DNA of 53,132 nucleotides from Ruditapes philippinarum (Eukaryota): NCBI RefSeq assembly GCF_026571515.1, contig NW_026864444.1, positions 62,001 to 115,132 of the forward strand, read 5' to 3'. Shown piece by piece: positions 26,501 to 38,803 of this stretch (position 1 is its first letter; each line of letters starts with the position of its first letter). The notes under the pieces were generated by a model. It saw only the letters and a program-made list of their open reading frames with translations, ran no database searches and was not told where the DNA came from. The position numbers and the translations under genes were made by a program.

Positions 26501-27196
26501 TAATATAGGAGACAGCAGAACAAACGATGGATACAGTAAGAAGATTTAATTAATAAAAAATAAACTTGTATGAAATTTCAATTCGATTCAAGATGCCCTT
26601 GTGTAATTATAAGCCGGATGAGAAGACATAATTGATCCAACATTCACAAGTATATCTCGCCTATGAGTACACATGAATTATCATCTTAATTTTGAAAGTT
26701 AACTAGAATCCTTTAAAATAATAATAATGTTATGTTGTTTAAATTGAAATTGCATTATTTATACTCTAACGTTTATGCACCAATCCAATGTATCGTGATT
26801 AATTTATTCTACTGTTTTGTAAAAAATTAAGGGGGTGATTACAACACACAGATGAATGACGCAGAGGCTGAAGGTGTTTTTCCTGCAGTTCGACTTTATC
26901 ACAGCGATAGGTGCAATTCGGTAGGTTCATTCAAAACCTTTGCGGACGCTATTGGACCAAATGTCAATCACGTGACCATTTACGTCAGCAATCAACACAT
27001 TCGAATCATGAACGACCAAGGGTTTGATGAATATGTATGTGACAACTGTCTGTATGCTCTGAATGGTCAGGCAGACAGTCAGGGAATCAACGAGGACATA
27101 TACATTGGTTTGAATCGTGTGATAACAGGTCGATCAGACAGAAACGGCGAAGGTGTTTGTTCAGCGACGCTGACATGGATTTGTCCTCGATGGTAG
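23580..27196 (+). CDS. Secreted prepro-protein of unknown family, copy B (4 exons, ~327 aa; signal peptide, acidic pro-region, KKR site)
   Basis: Exons 23580-23781, 25968-26227, 26379-26535 and 26832-27196 have GT/AG ends and phases 1,0,1, totalling 984 nt open. Reads MEKNLLNFVIITIIFALSVVES...DVDAELELDSADENTNFGGHDLHEPGQKKR|LRIPDGARFRP...WICPRW. The mature region closely matches copy A with conserved cysteines. Confidence 0.85.
24072..24288. mobile_element. Palindromic MITE (GAGCCGCG...CGCGGCT ends)
   Basis: Near-perfect ~70-bp arms TGCGTTTGCGACCAGCATGGATC...GCTGTTCGCT / AGCGAACAGC...GGTCGCAAACGCA. A terminal fragment of the same family lies at ~21148-21181. Confidence 0.8.
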
Positions 27197-28132
27197 ATGG
27201 CGGCGTATATACATTTGATTTTTGATACAGAATAAATACAACATGTATTTGAAAATTCTTATTTATATTTCCTTTTTATACTAATATAACAATTTATTTT
27301 GATACAGTTCTTACACTTTTCATCTAGACGCATTTTTTCCAGTTAACTTGTAGCATTTAAAACTGAGAGAAAGATAAGAAATAAATAACATTATCATGAG
27401 CAGAAATTCTTGGACAATTTTATAAGCCTAGATTTACTTGTCAAAAATACAAAAATACCCTGGATTCAAATATTTTTAAAAGTGTAAATAAGATTATACA
27501 TAATCCTGAATTGCCCGGAATTTGTTTATAATTCTGATAAATTTCATGTTTATTTAATAAATTCATACCTGCGCAAAAAAGATGTTTATCTATTTAATTG
27601 CAAAATAAAATTGCTTTAATGTCATCCAGTCAGCAAGCTCCCTAAAATAACCATAGAAAGGCCATAGCGGCGTAGCTCAAAAACTTGACAAACGTTGAAA
27701 TCAATAATTAATCAAAAGTGCCTGATACAAAAATGGATCTTTTCTAAAATTTGCAGGTGCTTGGTGGTTTAAAACCCGAAAAAAATGTCATCCAAAACTT
27801 CACGTCATTTGAACATTGGATTATTGTGAAGTCATGTTTCAATGGTTTTCGGTTGCAACGTTTATTTATTCGAAAACGTTGTCATTAAGTCGTCCAGGAA
27901 AACGGGTATTTCACAAACATTTGACAACAGTTCGGATAGTCTCATTTAATAACATGCAATATGACAAACCTGACACAAGTATCTTGTTAGTCAAACAATA
28001 GTGTTAGAGAGTTGTGTCAGACAGTTGGACTTACCAAAAAGATAAAACAGATCGGTGGCAGTTTAACCAAATACGCTCGACCTAAACGTTCTCCGGCGCC
28101 GTGGCGCTTGCAAAAGACAAATGTGCTGTAAT

Positions 28133-28434
28133 GTGCGGCCGTGCATAAATTTTAATGCGTTTTTTCGCTATTCTTTTACAAAATTATTAGTACGTGCGCA
28201 CACAATTTGTATTACGTTGCCAAGTGATAACTATTACGTGCGCACGTAAAAGCCATTACATGATCATCGTACGAAATAAATGTATTTATTGCATGGCCAG
28301 GTATGACTATCGCGTATGCATGTAATACATATCGCCTTGTCACGTAATACCTATCGTGTGCACATAATTATAATACTATCGTGTGCCGACGTAATAAATA
28401 AAAGATTTCCTATGTTCCCTTTTATGCCACCGTA
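28133..28434. mobile_element. Degraded fold-back MITE with TTACGTGCGCACGTAA-type internal repeats
   Basis: Ends GCGGCCGTGCATAAA...TTTATGCCACCGTA, with repeated CGTGCGCAC motifs inside. Confidence 0.5.
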
Positions 28435-28769
28435 ATAGCTCGATTGTTAAAATTTATTCAAAAGGCGGTAAAATTCCCTTGCTCCATGTAGTCACATGTA
28501 TTCAAACTCGTTGCATAACAACATAACAATGCTAAGTATTTCGAAAGGAAGTGGAAAAAATTTTGTTTCGTACAAATTAATGTTGCGTATTTTACTGAAA
28601 TTATATAAGAAAAGAAAAAATACATAAATGTTATGCTATTATAATGGATTGCATTGCTCTCGCTGATTGCATACAAGTGATAATAAACTCTAAACTCGGG
28701 AGATACACCTGGTGGTGGTGTTGGTAGTTTTCTCTCCGGATCACGGCAGCACGCCACATTTAATTTTCC

Positions 28770-28965
28770 AGAGCACGGTTATGTCAACGCAACGTTCCTG
28801 GGTAGGCTGTCAAGCAATTAACCAGTACTAGTTGCTTTCACTTTCACAAGGAACTGAATCTTCTGTACATAACAGAGCAGAGGTACAGTGCGAATGACCA
28901 TGTTTAATCACAACGAAAGTGACCACAGTCCAACACTCTAACTATTGAGTTAACCGAACTGCTTG
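28770..28965 (-). mobile_element. Degraded SINE of the same family as 6700 and 23270
   Basis: AACCAGTACTAGTTGCTTTCACTTT...AGAGCAGAGGTACAGTGCGAATGACC core and a remnant tRNA head. Confidence 0.5.
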
Positions 28966-30019
28966 GATACAACCTACCTTTCAATAGTCCCTATCTGCAG
29001 AATATATTCCCTTATGATAGAATGATTTTATTACATTTAAAATTACCTTCATATCTCCATTTTCTTTTATACAACTTTTAATTTTACATTAAAGCAACTA
29101 TTCTTTTTACTTTCAAGACAGATAACTGATATTGAACACAAAATATTCTTTGTAGTTTTAGTCACATACATGTAATATGTCATGATTAAATAAATAAACA
29201 AAACTAAACTAATACGTCTTAACTCCCCTTTCAATGTGATGTTACATTATATGTCAGAACGCTTTTGAACACGCAAAAGGTGATATTTATCTATTTATTT
29301 ATTTATTGTTATTTCACTGAACCAAAAACGAAGATTAATGTGAAAAATTATGCAAGGAAATGCATTGTTATGTAACTCAGTTGTTAATAATGGAGACGTA
29401 ATCATCACCAGAACGCAATTTACACAACATAAATCAAGATACATCAAAATAGGTTAGGTATTTTAATACCATATACTGATCTTTACAAATTAGTAATTGT
29501 TTGTGTCGCAAACATTCAGTTTGATAGATAATAATTTACTTAACCTTGAATTAAACAGTGTTTTGCAACTTTTGGTGTTATAACGAATGAGTTGTTAGGC
29601 AGACACCATTAGCTATATGACCGCCGATTTAAAGTACAAAATGTAAACATTACAAAATAATGGTTTGTAAACTTTATTTATATAATACAAGAAAAAATAG
29701 AAAACATGTCAGAAATATACAATTGTAGATAAAAATGGAACGCAACTTTTTTAAATCTTTCGATCTATTATATAGATCAAAATGACAACTAAAAGAATAT
29801 TAAATTAAAAAAACTAAAAATAAAAAATAAATAAATTTATGATAAATAAATATAATGCCAACATTCGACCGACTAGATATAAAGCATCAATTAAATAAGA
29901 AATGATAGCCATGACTAATTAATTAAAGAAGTTGTGTTATAACTTAGTAATTATCAACCATGCAGATCTTCTTAGACATCAATATGTGTCTTCAAAGAGA
30001 ACGGACACGTCTGTCTTTC

Positions 30020-33000
30020 TTACACAAGGAGCAGGAATATACCAATAAATAATGTTGCTAAACTTGATTTAGAAACACAACCTTCAGCTGAAAAAAGAAA
30101 ACATTGCTAAGAGTGAATAATCTATTATTTACGTAAATTCCGTTTGTTTTGATTGGGTTTTACGTCACATCGACACAGTATAGGTCATATCGCGACGTTC
30201 CAGCTTTACTGGTGGAGGAAGACCTCAGGTGCCCCTCCGTGCATTATTTCAGGCACGAACGGGCACCTGAGTAGAACCACCGACGTTCCGTAAGCTAGAT
30301 TTACGTAAATACAATAACAATAGTGTAAATTGATATAAAATGAAAAGAAAAAAACGTGTTTTCTGTACGAGAACATCCACATTCTAATCGAATGAGTCGA
30401 TTAATCTTTGGTTAATAGTTATTTTGAAGTTACGATATACTAGAACTACAAAGTCATGTTTGAACAAACCATAGTGTAGAGCATAATTCACAGACTATAT
30501 AAACTGAATTATTCTTAATTCCAGCTTCCTATTGTGTAAGGTTGTTTTCTGAAATAATTATTCCTCCAATATATTTAAACTGTGACAAAAACAACTTTGC
30601 GCCTTAGGAGGTAATACGCTTTAAAAAAAATGTACTTACATATCTGAAAAGAGTTCAGGCTCATAGAATCACATATTTGTTGAGTTTGATAGCGGGCACA
30701 GCAGAAGATGGTCTCTCCAATGTCTATATGCTTTGGATCAATGTCAATAGCTTGAGTTATATTTTTACCATTGTATTCAGCATCCCTTGTATATTCATTG
30801 TAACCACTCACTATTACATCATTTACAAAGGTTTTAGGACTGACACCCCTTCGCCATGTTAATGAAGATACCGGGTTAGAAGAATCCGTGGAACAGTTTA
30901 AAGTTAATTTAGAATCAACCATTTCTGCCGAGATGTTTACAAGTGTTGGTGGAACTGTAATAATAAAATTATGTTGTATTTTTTTAAATTGAACTCATAT
31001 ATACATTGTTGGACTGTTCCTAGTTTAAAGCAACGCCAAGTCAATAAGACAGATTCAGGTCGGGTATGTACCATATCTAGTTTGTAATTTCAAAACAAGG
31101 GACGACAAGTGTGTCGATCCTATACCATTCGACGCCAAAATCAAAATGTAAATGTTTTATTTGTGTTTTTGCAATGGAAAGATAATGCTTTGAAAGAAAA
31201 TTAAATTTAAAGTAAAGAAAGGAGATAGAGGATATTTGTTTGTTTGTGTGTAAGATGAAATTTTATTTCATCGAGTGAGCTTTAAAAACAGTATTCTCAC
31301 GAGTGGCGTAGCCACGAGTGAGAATACTGTTTTTTTTAAGTTCACGAGATGAAATAAAATTACATCTTACACAACAAACAGACAAATTTTCTTTTTATTT
31401 TATGCTTAAAAACAAGTTAAAAGGAAATTTTCATAATTTTAACGATAATATTAAAATCTGTTTCCCCCATTGAGAGCCCCATTTAGACGGAATTTTTCAT
31501 TTAAAACAAGAAGTCTTGAGCTGAAAAAATAAGTCCGCCAATCAAGGTTAAATGACGGTGATATTTATTCATTTTATTAAAAAAATGTGAATGATCGCTT
31601 GTTTTAATAATAAAACAAACAATTCTTGCAGGAAAAATTCCAACCATCCATCCATATTTCTGTTACTTACTGCGAATTTATATTAGACCTGGCTTTCTAA
31701 AATGTAAACGGCAGCCATTTTTTAAAGTTGTGTATTTCAAGGGAGGAAAATAATTGTGTAAGATTCAGAAGGATATAATTTGGATTTGTTAGTCATACAC
31801 CTTTTTAAAAGAAAGAAAACTTATTTGAGGATTGTAACAGACAAAAAATAAGTGTTGACAGAAGTGAAAACATTCAGAAAAGGAGCTAGGAAAATGGAAA
31901 ACTTGAAACTTGCTGAAGGCAATGAAGGAACGCTGGGTAGTTTTACTTATTTTACGAGTGATGGCTGTCAATGCTTTTCAATTTTTCATAAAGCATACGG
32001 CAGTTATTGCTCGTAGGATACTTTAATATGCCCAAATGTCATCAAGAGCAGTTTTGCATGGGGAAGGAATGTATTTTTCAGACTGTAAAAACGAACAAAA
32101 AAATTAGAGACGAAATTTGGTGATTGGAATTTGAAGGAATAGAAGTAAGTTTTCTCTCTGTGTTACTTTTGACATTTAAGTTATTTATCTATTTCAGCTT
32201 TGCTATTTCTTTTAACAGCCTGATATTGTCAGAATTGTCCCTAAAAATAAAATTGAGGTACCACATGGGGAAAATCTTAAAAAAGTAGTTTCGTCATTGA
32301 AAAAAGTGAAATTATATTTTGATAATTTTCACTGTGAAATAATCAAATATAATTTTCACGGATAAATCAGTAATCCACTGAAAAGCATAAAATAATATCA
32401 TATACTTTATTTATGTGTACATTTTATTGAATAATAATGTTTATTAATTTTATTCTTTGGTAAACATTACTTTGCTTTATAATGTCTTCCGGACTTAATA
32501 CAGAATAGAAACACGGGGTCAAAATATTAGTAAATATTGACTAGTATAACAAATTTGATAATAACATAATCCCTGTAACTGTTTATACACTTACATAAAA
32601 CTTTTACTTTGGGATACATGATAAGATAGTCTGTCACATTCTTATATTGAAATATACAGCTCATCTCTTTACCATTGTCCTCCTTGTAAACATGCATCAC
32701 TGAGATAACTCTAGTACATTTCCTTTGTTTTTCTCGAAGCGGATCCTGTAAACAATTCTTCAATATATAAATCATATATCTGTGGTCGCTCCACCTAACC
32801 GGATAACTAACCAGTAAACTTACTTTTTCGTTGGTGACCCAGTTACTAATCACACATGATTATTGATTTAACAGTGAGAAACAAATGACCATTATAGACA
32901 ATGGTTACGGAGAAATATCTTGAGCGAGGCTCTAGCTATTATATTTTTACTTACATCTTAGAGATATATGATAATCGAAATTTACATCCAAGAATATATA

Positions 33001-36000
33001 CAAAAGATTGTATTCTAAAGTTCTTAACAAAAGACATGAATAACTAGACGAAGCGCTAAAACAAAATGGTCATGATCCTTTACTAAAACCATAAAATAGA
33101 AAGTAATGTATTGACCTTAAAAACAATCGACGTTTTGAGAATTGCATGTAGGGCGTTTGCTATAATGTAATTCTTTGTTTTATATTAGCATATCAAGCTT
33201 TCACTTCCATTACCGTTCATGATCAGACTCAACCAAATCAAGCCGTCAACATTTTTATTTTGGTTCTTAAGGATTTCATTTCTTTCTAAATATCGTCACA
33301 ATTTGGACTTTAACAAACATAAATTTTCATCTTACAATTTGACAAAAATGGACATCTTTAATAAATAATCTTATAAATTGAATGCATTTTATCAGAGCAT
33401 CTAAATAAACAATAATTTAGAATTGCATTTTTTTTTGCTAAGACAATGTATCACAGCCGTTACAATTATTTTAAAATCATTGCGTTCAGTTATTTACAAA
33501 ACGTTGATATCCCTTACCACAGTATATAAACGATTTGAACCCCAACCGGATCTTGTGAGAAGATATCAGTGTCAGCCATTTTCTGACGCTTAACTTACTT
33601 AATATATTGGTATTTATATTGATACTTATGGACGTTAGGTTAGTAAATCTTTATTTATATCGTAGAAGAGAAACTTTATTAAACCTTTAAGTTATGCAAA
33701 ATATAAATGTTAGCATTAAAGCTATAAAATAATCGAAACTCACGAACTGCTTTCAGGTGATCAACACTGAACAAGAAGAAAAATCCGTCTTATTTCAAGG
33801 TTTATTTAGTGAAACATTGAATTGCGATATCGAACTACTAAAATAATCAATAACAAACGATAATTTAGTCATCTGCAAAAAATGGCTTTTAAGAGTTTAA
33901 CCAAGAAGATCAATTCCGTAAACTGAATGTTACTTGCTGGTGATTGTGAACCCTACTTGTGAGTTTACGAATTTTATCTGTACCCTGACTTGTGAGTATT
34001 TTTAAAGATTTAATGGAGAGAACGTTTATCATTTAACGTATTTATTTGTTTATTGTCAGGCAAAATGGAAGAATTCAGTTGTCTTCATTGCCCCCTTTCT
34101 CTTCAAAAAATTTCGGAAACACTATTGTTCAAAATTTTGACATAAGAACAAAATCTTAAAAAAAAACAATTTCTCAGTTTCACAACAAGAACAGAAACAT
34201 TAAAATCATACCCCAAAGACTTTAGAATTATTCCAAAAGAACTGAAAAAAAATAAATAAAAACAAGGACTTTAAAAGCAAATGATATTACAAAAACAGTA
34301 AAAGTTTCAAGACAAGAAGGACTTGAAAAATAATCTCCAATCAAGAAATGCAAAAAAGTCAAAACGCCTGTTAAAGATGTTCACACTTCGACAAAAGATA
34401 CGTTTTTAGCACAAATGAAGAAGAGTTTAAGTTTAAACTTGGTGTCAACTTATTCCACAGATCCCACATTTAAGTTGTGTTTTCAGGGGAGTGTTTGTTA
34501 CACGAAAGCTACTCTCAAGACTCTCAACTACAAATGATTCATCCAAATTCATCTGAAATACATGTATATGGCAATTTATAGAAAGGAACTGGATTTACAT
34601 ATATCTTTTGACTTAAGATCCCTTATGATAGCCAATGATAAACTTTTCAAGTTGTGTGAAAAGAAATCTAACAGGTTGTCTTAGACACTGGCAAGTTTGT
34701 AAACTATTTAAAAATAAGTGGTAATAAACTTGCAAGAGTGAAAACTACCTTTTAGACATTTAACAACAATATGCAAGAAACTCCTTAAAATGATTTATTT
34801 AGAGTGATTCTAGTCGGGCATGTCAGAAATATAAAGTCAAGGCATTTATGAGAATATAAAACTGTGTTTCAAAAAGCATAATGAAATCAACGGTAGGTGT
34901 AAAGCTTTCAACATGTTGAAATAAGTAACATGCCAAAAAATCATGTGATGATCTTTCGAGGAGGATGGATTGATATGTGGCGTTATATAACGATCACGTC
35001 AAAACTAACAACAATGCCGTTGAAACGTTTAGTAGAAACGTTTATAGTACTTATGTTATATTTTAGCTTTATACCTTTTCAAAGATAAATCAATGGTAAA
35101 TGAAGATAAGATTTGTTGGTTGATAATTTCTGTCAAGAAATACTTTTCTTCCTAATTCGTATTACCAGCTACTTTATGCTGGTATTTCCATGGAAAGTGA
35201 ATACATGATGAAGGTCCATTCATGTGCAGTATTATCACTTATATAGAACTAAAAGATGTGTCATGCTCTTGTGACACAATAACTTCATATTCTGCAAGAT
35301 ATAATTTGGAACATAGGACAAAAACAATAAAAATCATCAAAAGTGACTCGCAAGTTATGGTTCAGTGAAAACACAAGTAGGGTACAGATCATTAAAATTG
35401 TTTTAGCAAGACGGGTACAGTTATCAGAATGTTCGCCTCTATTATTTACTATGTTTTTATCAATATTCAAAGATATCCACACAAGTGTCTGTGCGGTAAG
35501 ACGAGGTAAGACAATAAAGTTAAGATTCAGATATGAGTTATAGTGAAATAAAACAATTTTAGGCATAAATTTGCTTGTGTAATCGGCGTGTGTTGACATA
35601 AACAAAACACGAAGCGAACAGCATTGCGTTTTATGCGCATAAATTTAAAGAAGCTGGTTATAGATATATCTATAAGCAAAGAAAAAATATTTCTTAATAT
35701 GATTCAAATGTTTACATACCGTCACAGATTAAATGCAAGCCGTCTTAAAAAGTTTTATGAGTCACCCCGCCTGTTTGTACTGAACTAATGTTGAGATCTT
35801 CTCACAAGATCCGGTTGGGGTACAAATCGTTTATACACTGTGCTTATGATAAATGTCAATGTAAAAGTAAATTGTGTTACTTACAGCTTTGCACTCAGTA
35901 AATGTGGTAACCGAGTCGTGATTATCTTGTCCTTCTCTATAAGTAGTTATAATGTGCGGCACAATTTTACATGAAGGATTAGCGTAACACCTGCATGTTA

Positions 36001-38803
36001 AAATGGTTGTTGAGTTGTGAACGGTGGCTGTTGTAAAATGTGTCGAGGAGTGAAAATCTGAAAAAGTAAAGACAAATAAAATAGTTTGAAATCAGATTTG
36101 AAGGATGTTTTGTAATATTCTTGGTTTAGAAATCCGTAAAGCTTAAGAACACAAAATATTGAATCTGGAAAGGGTAGAACGTTTGCAAGAAGCCCATTTG
36201 TCATCGTCTAGAACTAGAATTCTGTCTAGAAAATAATATTAAACACAAGTGTGTCAATCATATACAAATTTCAAGAAACAAACCACATGTTAATCGTTAA
36301 TTGTTTGCAATGAAGTCAACAAATACAAAAGTAAACGTTTTCTTAGCTAGACAAGAAATGGATTCGACGCGCATCCTTTATCAACTACCGCTAATAATTT
36401 TAAAATTTAAAGATAGTTAAGTATTAAACATTATGGAAAGAAAAAACAACAACAAAAAAAAACATTTTCACATATATATTGTGATGCCTAAATATCATAT
36501 AATATTAAAGTGATATTACACATTATTACCCCTCACTTTTTTTCGTAATGTTAATTTCCCATAGGCCTCTGGAAGTTATTCTTACTGTTAATGCAAGTGT
36601 ACCACGTGACTAAGTATTTTGTACTGTACATAGGTAACAGTATTTTTAACAGTATAAAATCTGGTCACGTGGTCTATTTTCTAAATAAAATGAAATAAAA
36701 TGGCCGCCATTTTTCTCTCGATTCATTCTTATTTTCGACGATAGGGCCTAGGGCATCATCAAAGTAACTGTGACTATTGTAAAATTTAGTTCTTTGCACC
36801 CTAGAGTTCTTTTCGCGTATAAAATATCTTTTTGTTGAATAGTCAAAAAAGTAACATCCGTTTTCAACGAAAGTAATTGTAATGTAAATAATTTTGTGTC
36901 AACTGGAACATACAGACGATTAAAGCATACAACAAAGGATTATTTAACAATTTTAACCAGATAGAGTTGGTGGACAGACATTTGTAGGATATCATCGTTA
37001 TTTTGTAAATTTTGTCAAAAAACCATGCGAAGAATATTTTGGATACAAGTGGATCAAATTTCACATATCATAACCTTATAAATGGGTTAGTGGTTTGTTT
37101 TCTTAATAAAACACAGCTGATTGTATGTTTATGACTGGTAGATATCACCACTTCCTTAAAGAATAAAAGAAAAAAAAACTTCTCAAGTAGGCCTAAAGTA
37201 CACTTAAAACTTAAAAGGTAAGGACAGATTAGTTATTGTTACTCTTGGTTAATTTTTGTTACAGTTAGATTTAATTGACTATTTCAGATCATCACAGGAT
37301 TTTTGTTCGAGGTAATAAAATAAATAACACATAGGTTTGTGAGTTACAGTAAAAATATCATCCCTCTAAAAAATACTGTTACCCGAGACGTAGCCTCGGG
37401 TAACAGTATTTTCCTCGGAATGATATTTTTACTGTTACCCACAAACCCATGTGTTATTTATATACTGTTACCCACAAACCCATGTGTTATTTATATAATA
37501 TCACGCTTCGATGTCAATATTATTATGCTAAAACGAAATCATGTTTACTATTATTATCAATATTAAAATTTAATAATAATCCCCGTTAAATAAAAATGAA
37601 GTCATCTTGACAAACATAATTCAGGATTATTTCGTTGTGTATAATGGTTATTTAGGGATTTCGTAGAATTACGTACACTGTACATCAACTTCCACGGTTT
37701 TTCTGTCACCACTGTAATCAGAGCATATATAGTTACCATCGTGCTTTAACATGGTCTTATCTATCTTCAGATCTTTGCTATTTACCCATGAAATGCCTGG
37801 TTCATTGATTGTATGTCCATTATTTATTGGGTTAGCCAATCCGTCAGGCCCAGTCCAGGTTGGGTATTGAACATTTAATGGGCATGTGATGGTCACTTCT
37901 TGGTCCTCTGAAACTTCTATTATAGCAGATAATGTTGTACCTACAATGATCATTACATATTAAATTATAAAACGGTAGTTCGTTAATTAGATTTAATGGT
38001 GCAGTAATCAAATAACAATATACATGTTATAACGAATAAAACATTTATAAAATTCCTATTTTTTCGAAACGTAAGTTGACATTGGCTTTCACAAAATCAG
38101 AATAGTAATAACACTGTCTGATAAACTTGATTGTTTTATCACTAGTCATATTGTTTGAATAGCAATGCAGTTCATAAATCGATGATTTCAATATCGACTT
38201 GCTGAGCGGACTAACTCTTTTAGAATAAAAAACACTATCTTAGCAGTACACTAGTCAACAGTAATGTCCCGTCACCTTGAGGCAAGGGGGGGGGGGGGTT
38301 GAACGTAGTTTTGATATCCCATCTGTAACTGCACTATTAGAGCAATTGACTAGTTCTGTTTTGGCGCCAAAATGGCGGCGGATATTTCAAACTCCCGGTG
38401 TATTTAGCGGGTATTTTACCGTGATTGATTCCAACTGCATGACAAAGATTTTACATCTTAAAGTGCCCCTTTTTTCACACGGATAGAGATAGGAGTAACA
38501 ACTGTATAGTGCATAAATAGAAATGATCTAGCTGCTTTAAATATCTGAAGTACATTAGTTTGTTCATAATGGAGGGTCTGTTATTCTGTATTTTGTACCT
38601 ACCACTAAACCAGACAATCATTTTCAATCTTGTGTATCAATGAGCTGATAACATGAATTATATTATGGTTTCATGAATTTTTGCATCATATATTATATAT
38701 CATATTAAATATTACTCACTATATTGTAGAGAAATATCTCAAAAGTATACATACCTTGGAAAACTATAAACAGCGCAAAAATCCATCTGCTCACAAACAA
38801 CAT
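30020..38803 (-). CDS. Three-Ig-domain cell-surface protein, probably GPI-anchored (6 exons, ~339 aa)
   Basis: Exons 38803-38755, 37940-37677, 36057-35885, 32745-32595, 30954-30640 and 30087-30020 all have GT/AG ends, phases 1,1,0,1,1, totalling 1020 nt open. Signal MLFVSRWIFALFIVFQG; Ig1 VTITC..W..DGNYIC; Ig2 ILTCRCYANP..EDNGKEMSC; Ig3 LTLNCSTDSSNPVSSLTW..DIGETIFC. Ends SSLATLFIGIFLLLV* with no cytoplasmic tail. Confidence 0.85.
30139..30298 (-). mobile_element. 5'-truncated SINE/retroposon fragment with 12-bp TSD
   Basis: ATTTACGTAAAT is duplicated at 30127-30138 and 30299-30310. The minus strand ends in an A-rich CAAAACAAAC tail. Confidence 0.7.
31225..32395. mobile_element. 1.17-kb TSD-less insertion with a long subterminal hairpin (possibly a non-autonomous Crypton-like element)
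   Basis: Absent from the inverted paralog (empty site at ~52105-52125). Starts ATAGAGGATATT and ends GCATAAAATAA, with a ~70-bp-arm hairpin at 31234-31387 around GGCGTAGCC. The superfamily assignment is tentative. Confidence 0.6.
33518..35842. mobile_element. 2325-bp DNA transposon with ~51-bp CAC-starting TIRs and probable 5-bp TSD (Transib/CMC-like), coding capacity decayed
   Basis: TIRs CACAGT(A/G)TATAAACGATTTG(A/T)ACCCCAACCGGATCTTGTGAGAAGAT with flanks CTTAC / CTTAT. The empty site GATATCCCTTATGATAA is present in the inverted paralog at ~50978-50995. Confidence 0.85.
36540..37499. mobile_element. ~1-kb insertion ending in a long hairpin (GAGACGTAGCCTC apex), similar in design to 31225-32395
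   Basis: Not present in the inverted paralog (~50240-50330). Hairpin at ~37320-37463 followed by a ~33-bp tandem duplication. The left boundary is approximate. Confidence 0.5.

Noticed and set aside
33518-33570. A true 12/23 recombination signal sequence pair implying V(D)J-like rearrangement
   Set aside because: Only the heptamer matches; there is no nonamer, the TIRs are symmetric and the element is intronic, so excision would not join coding segments.
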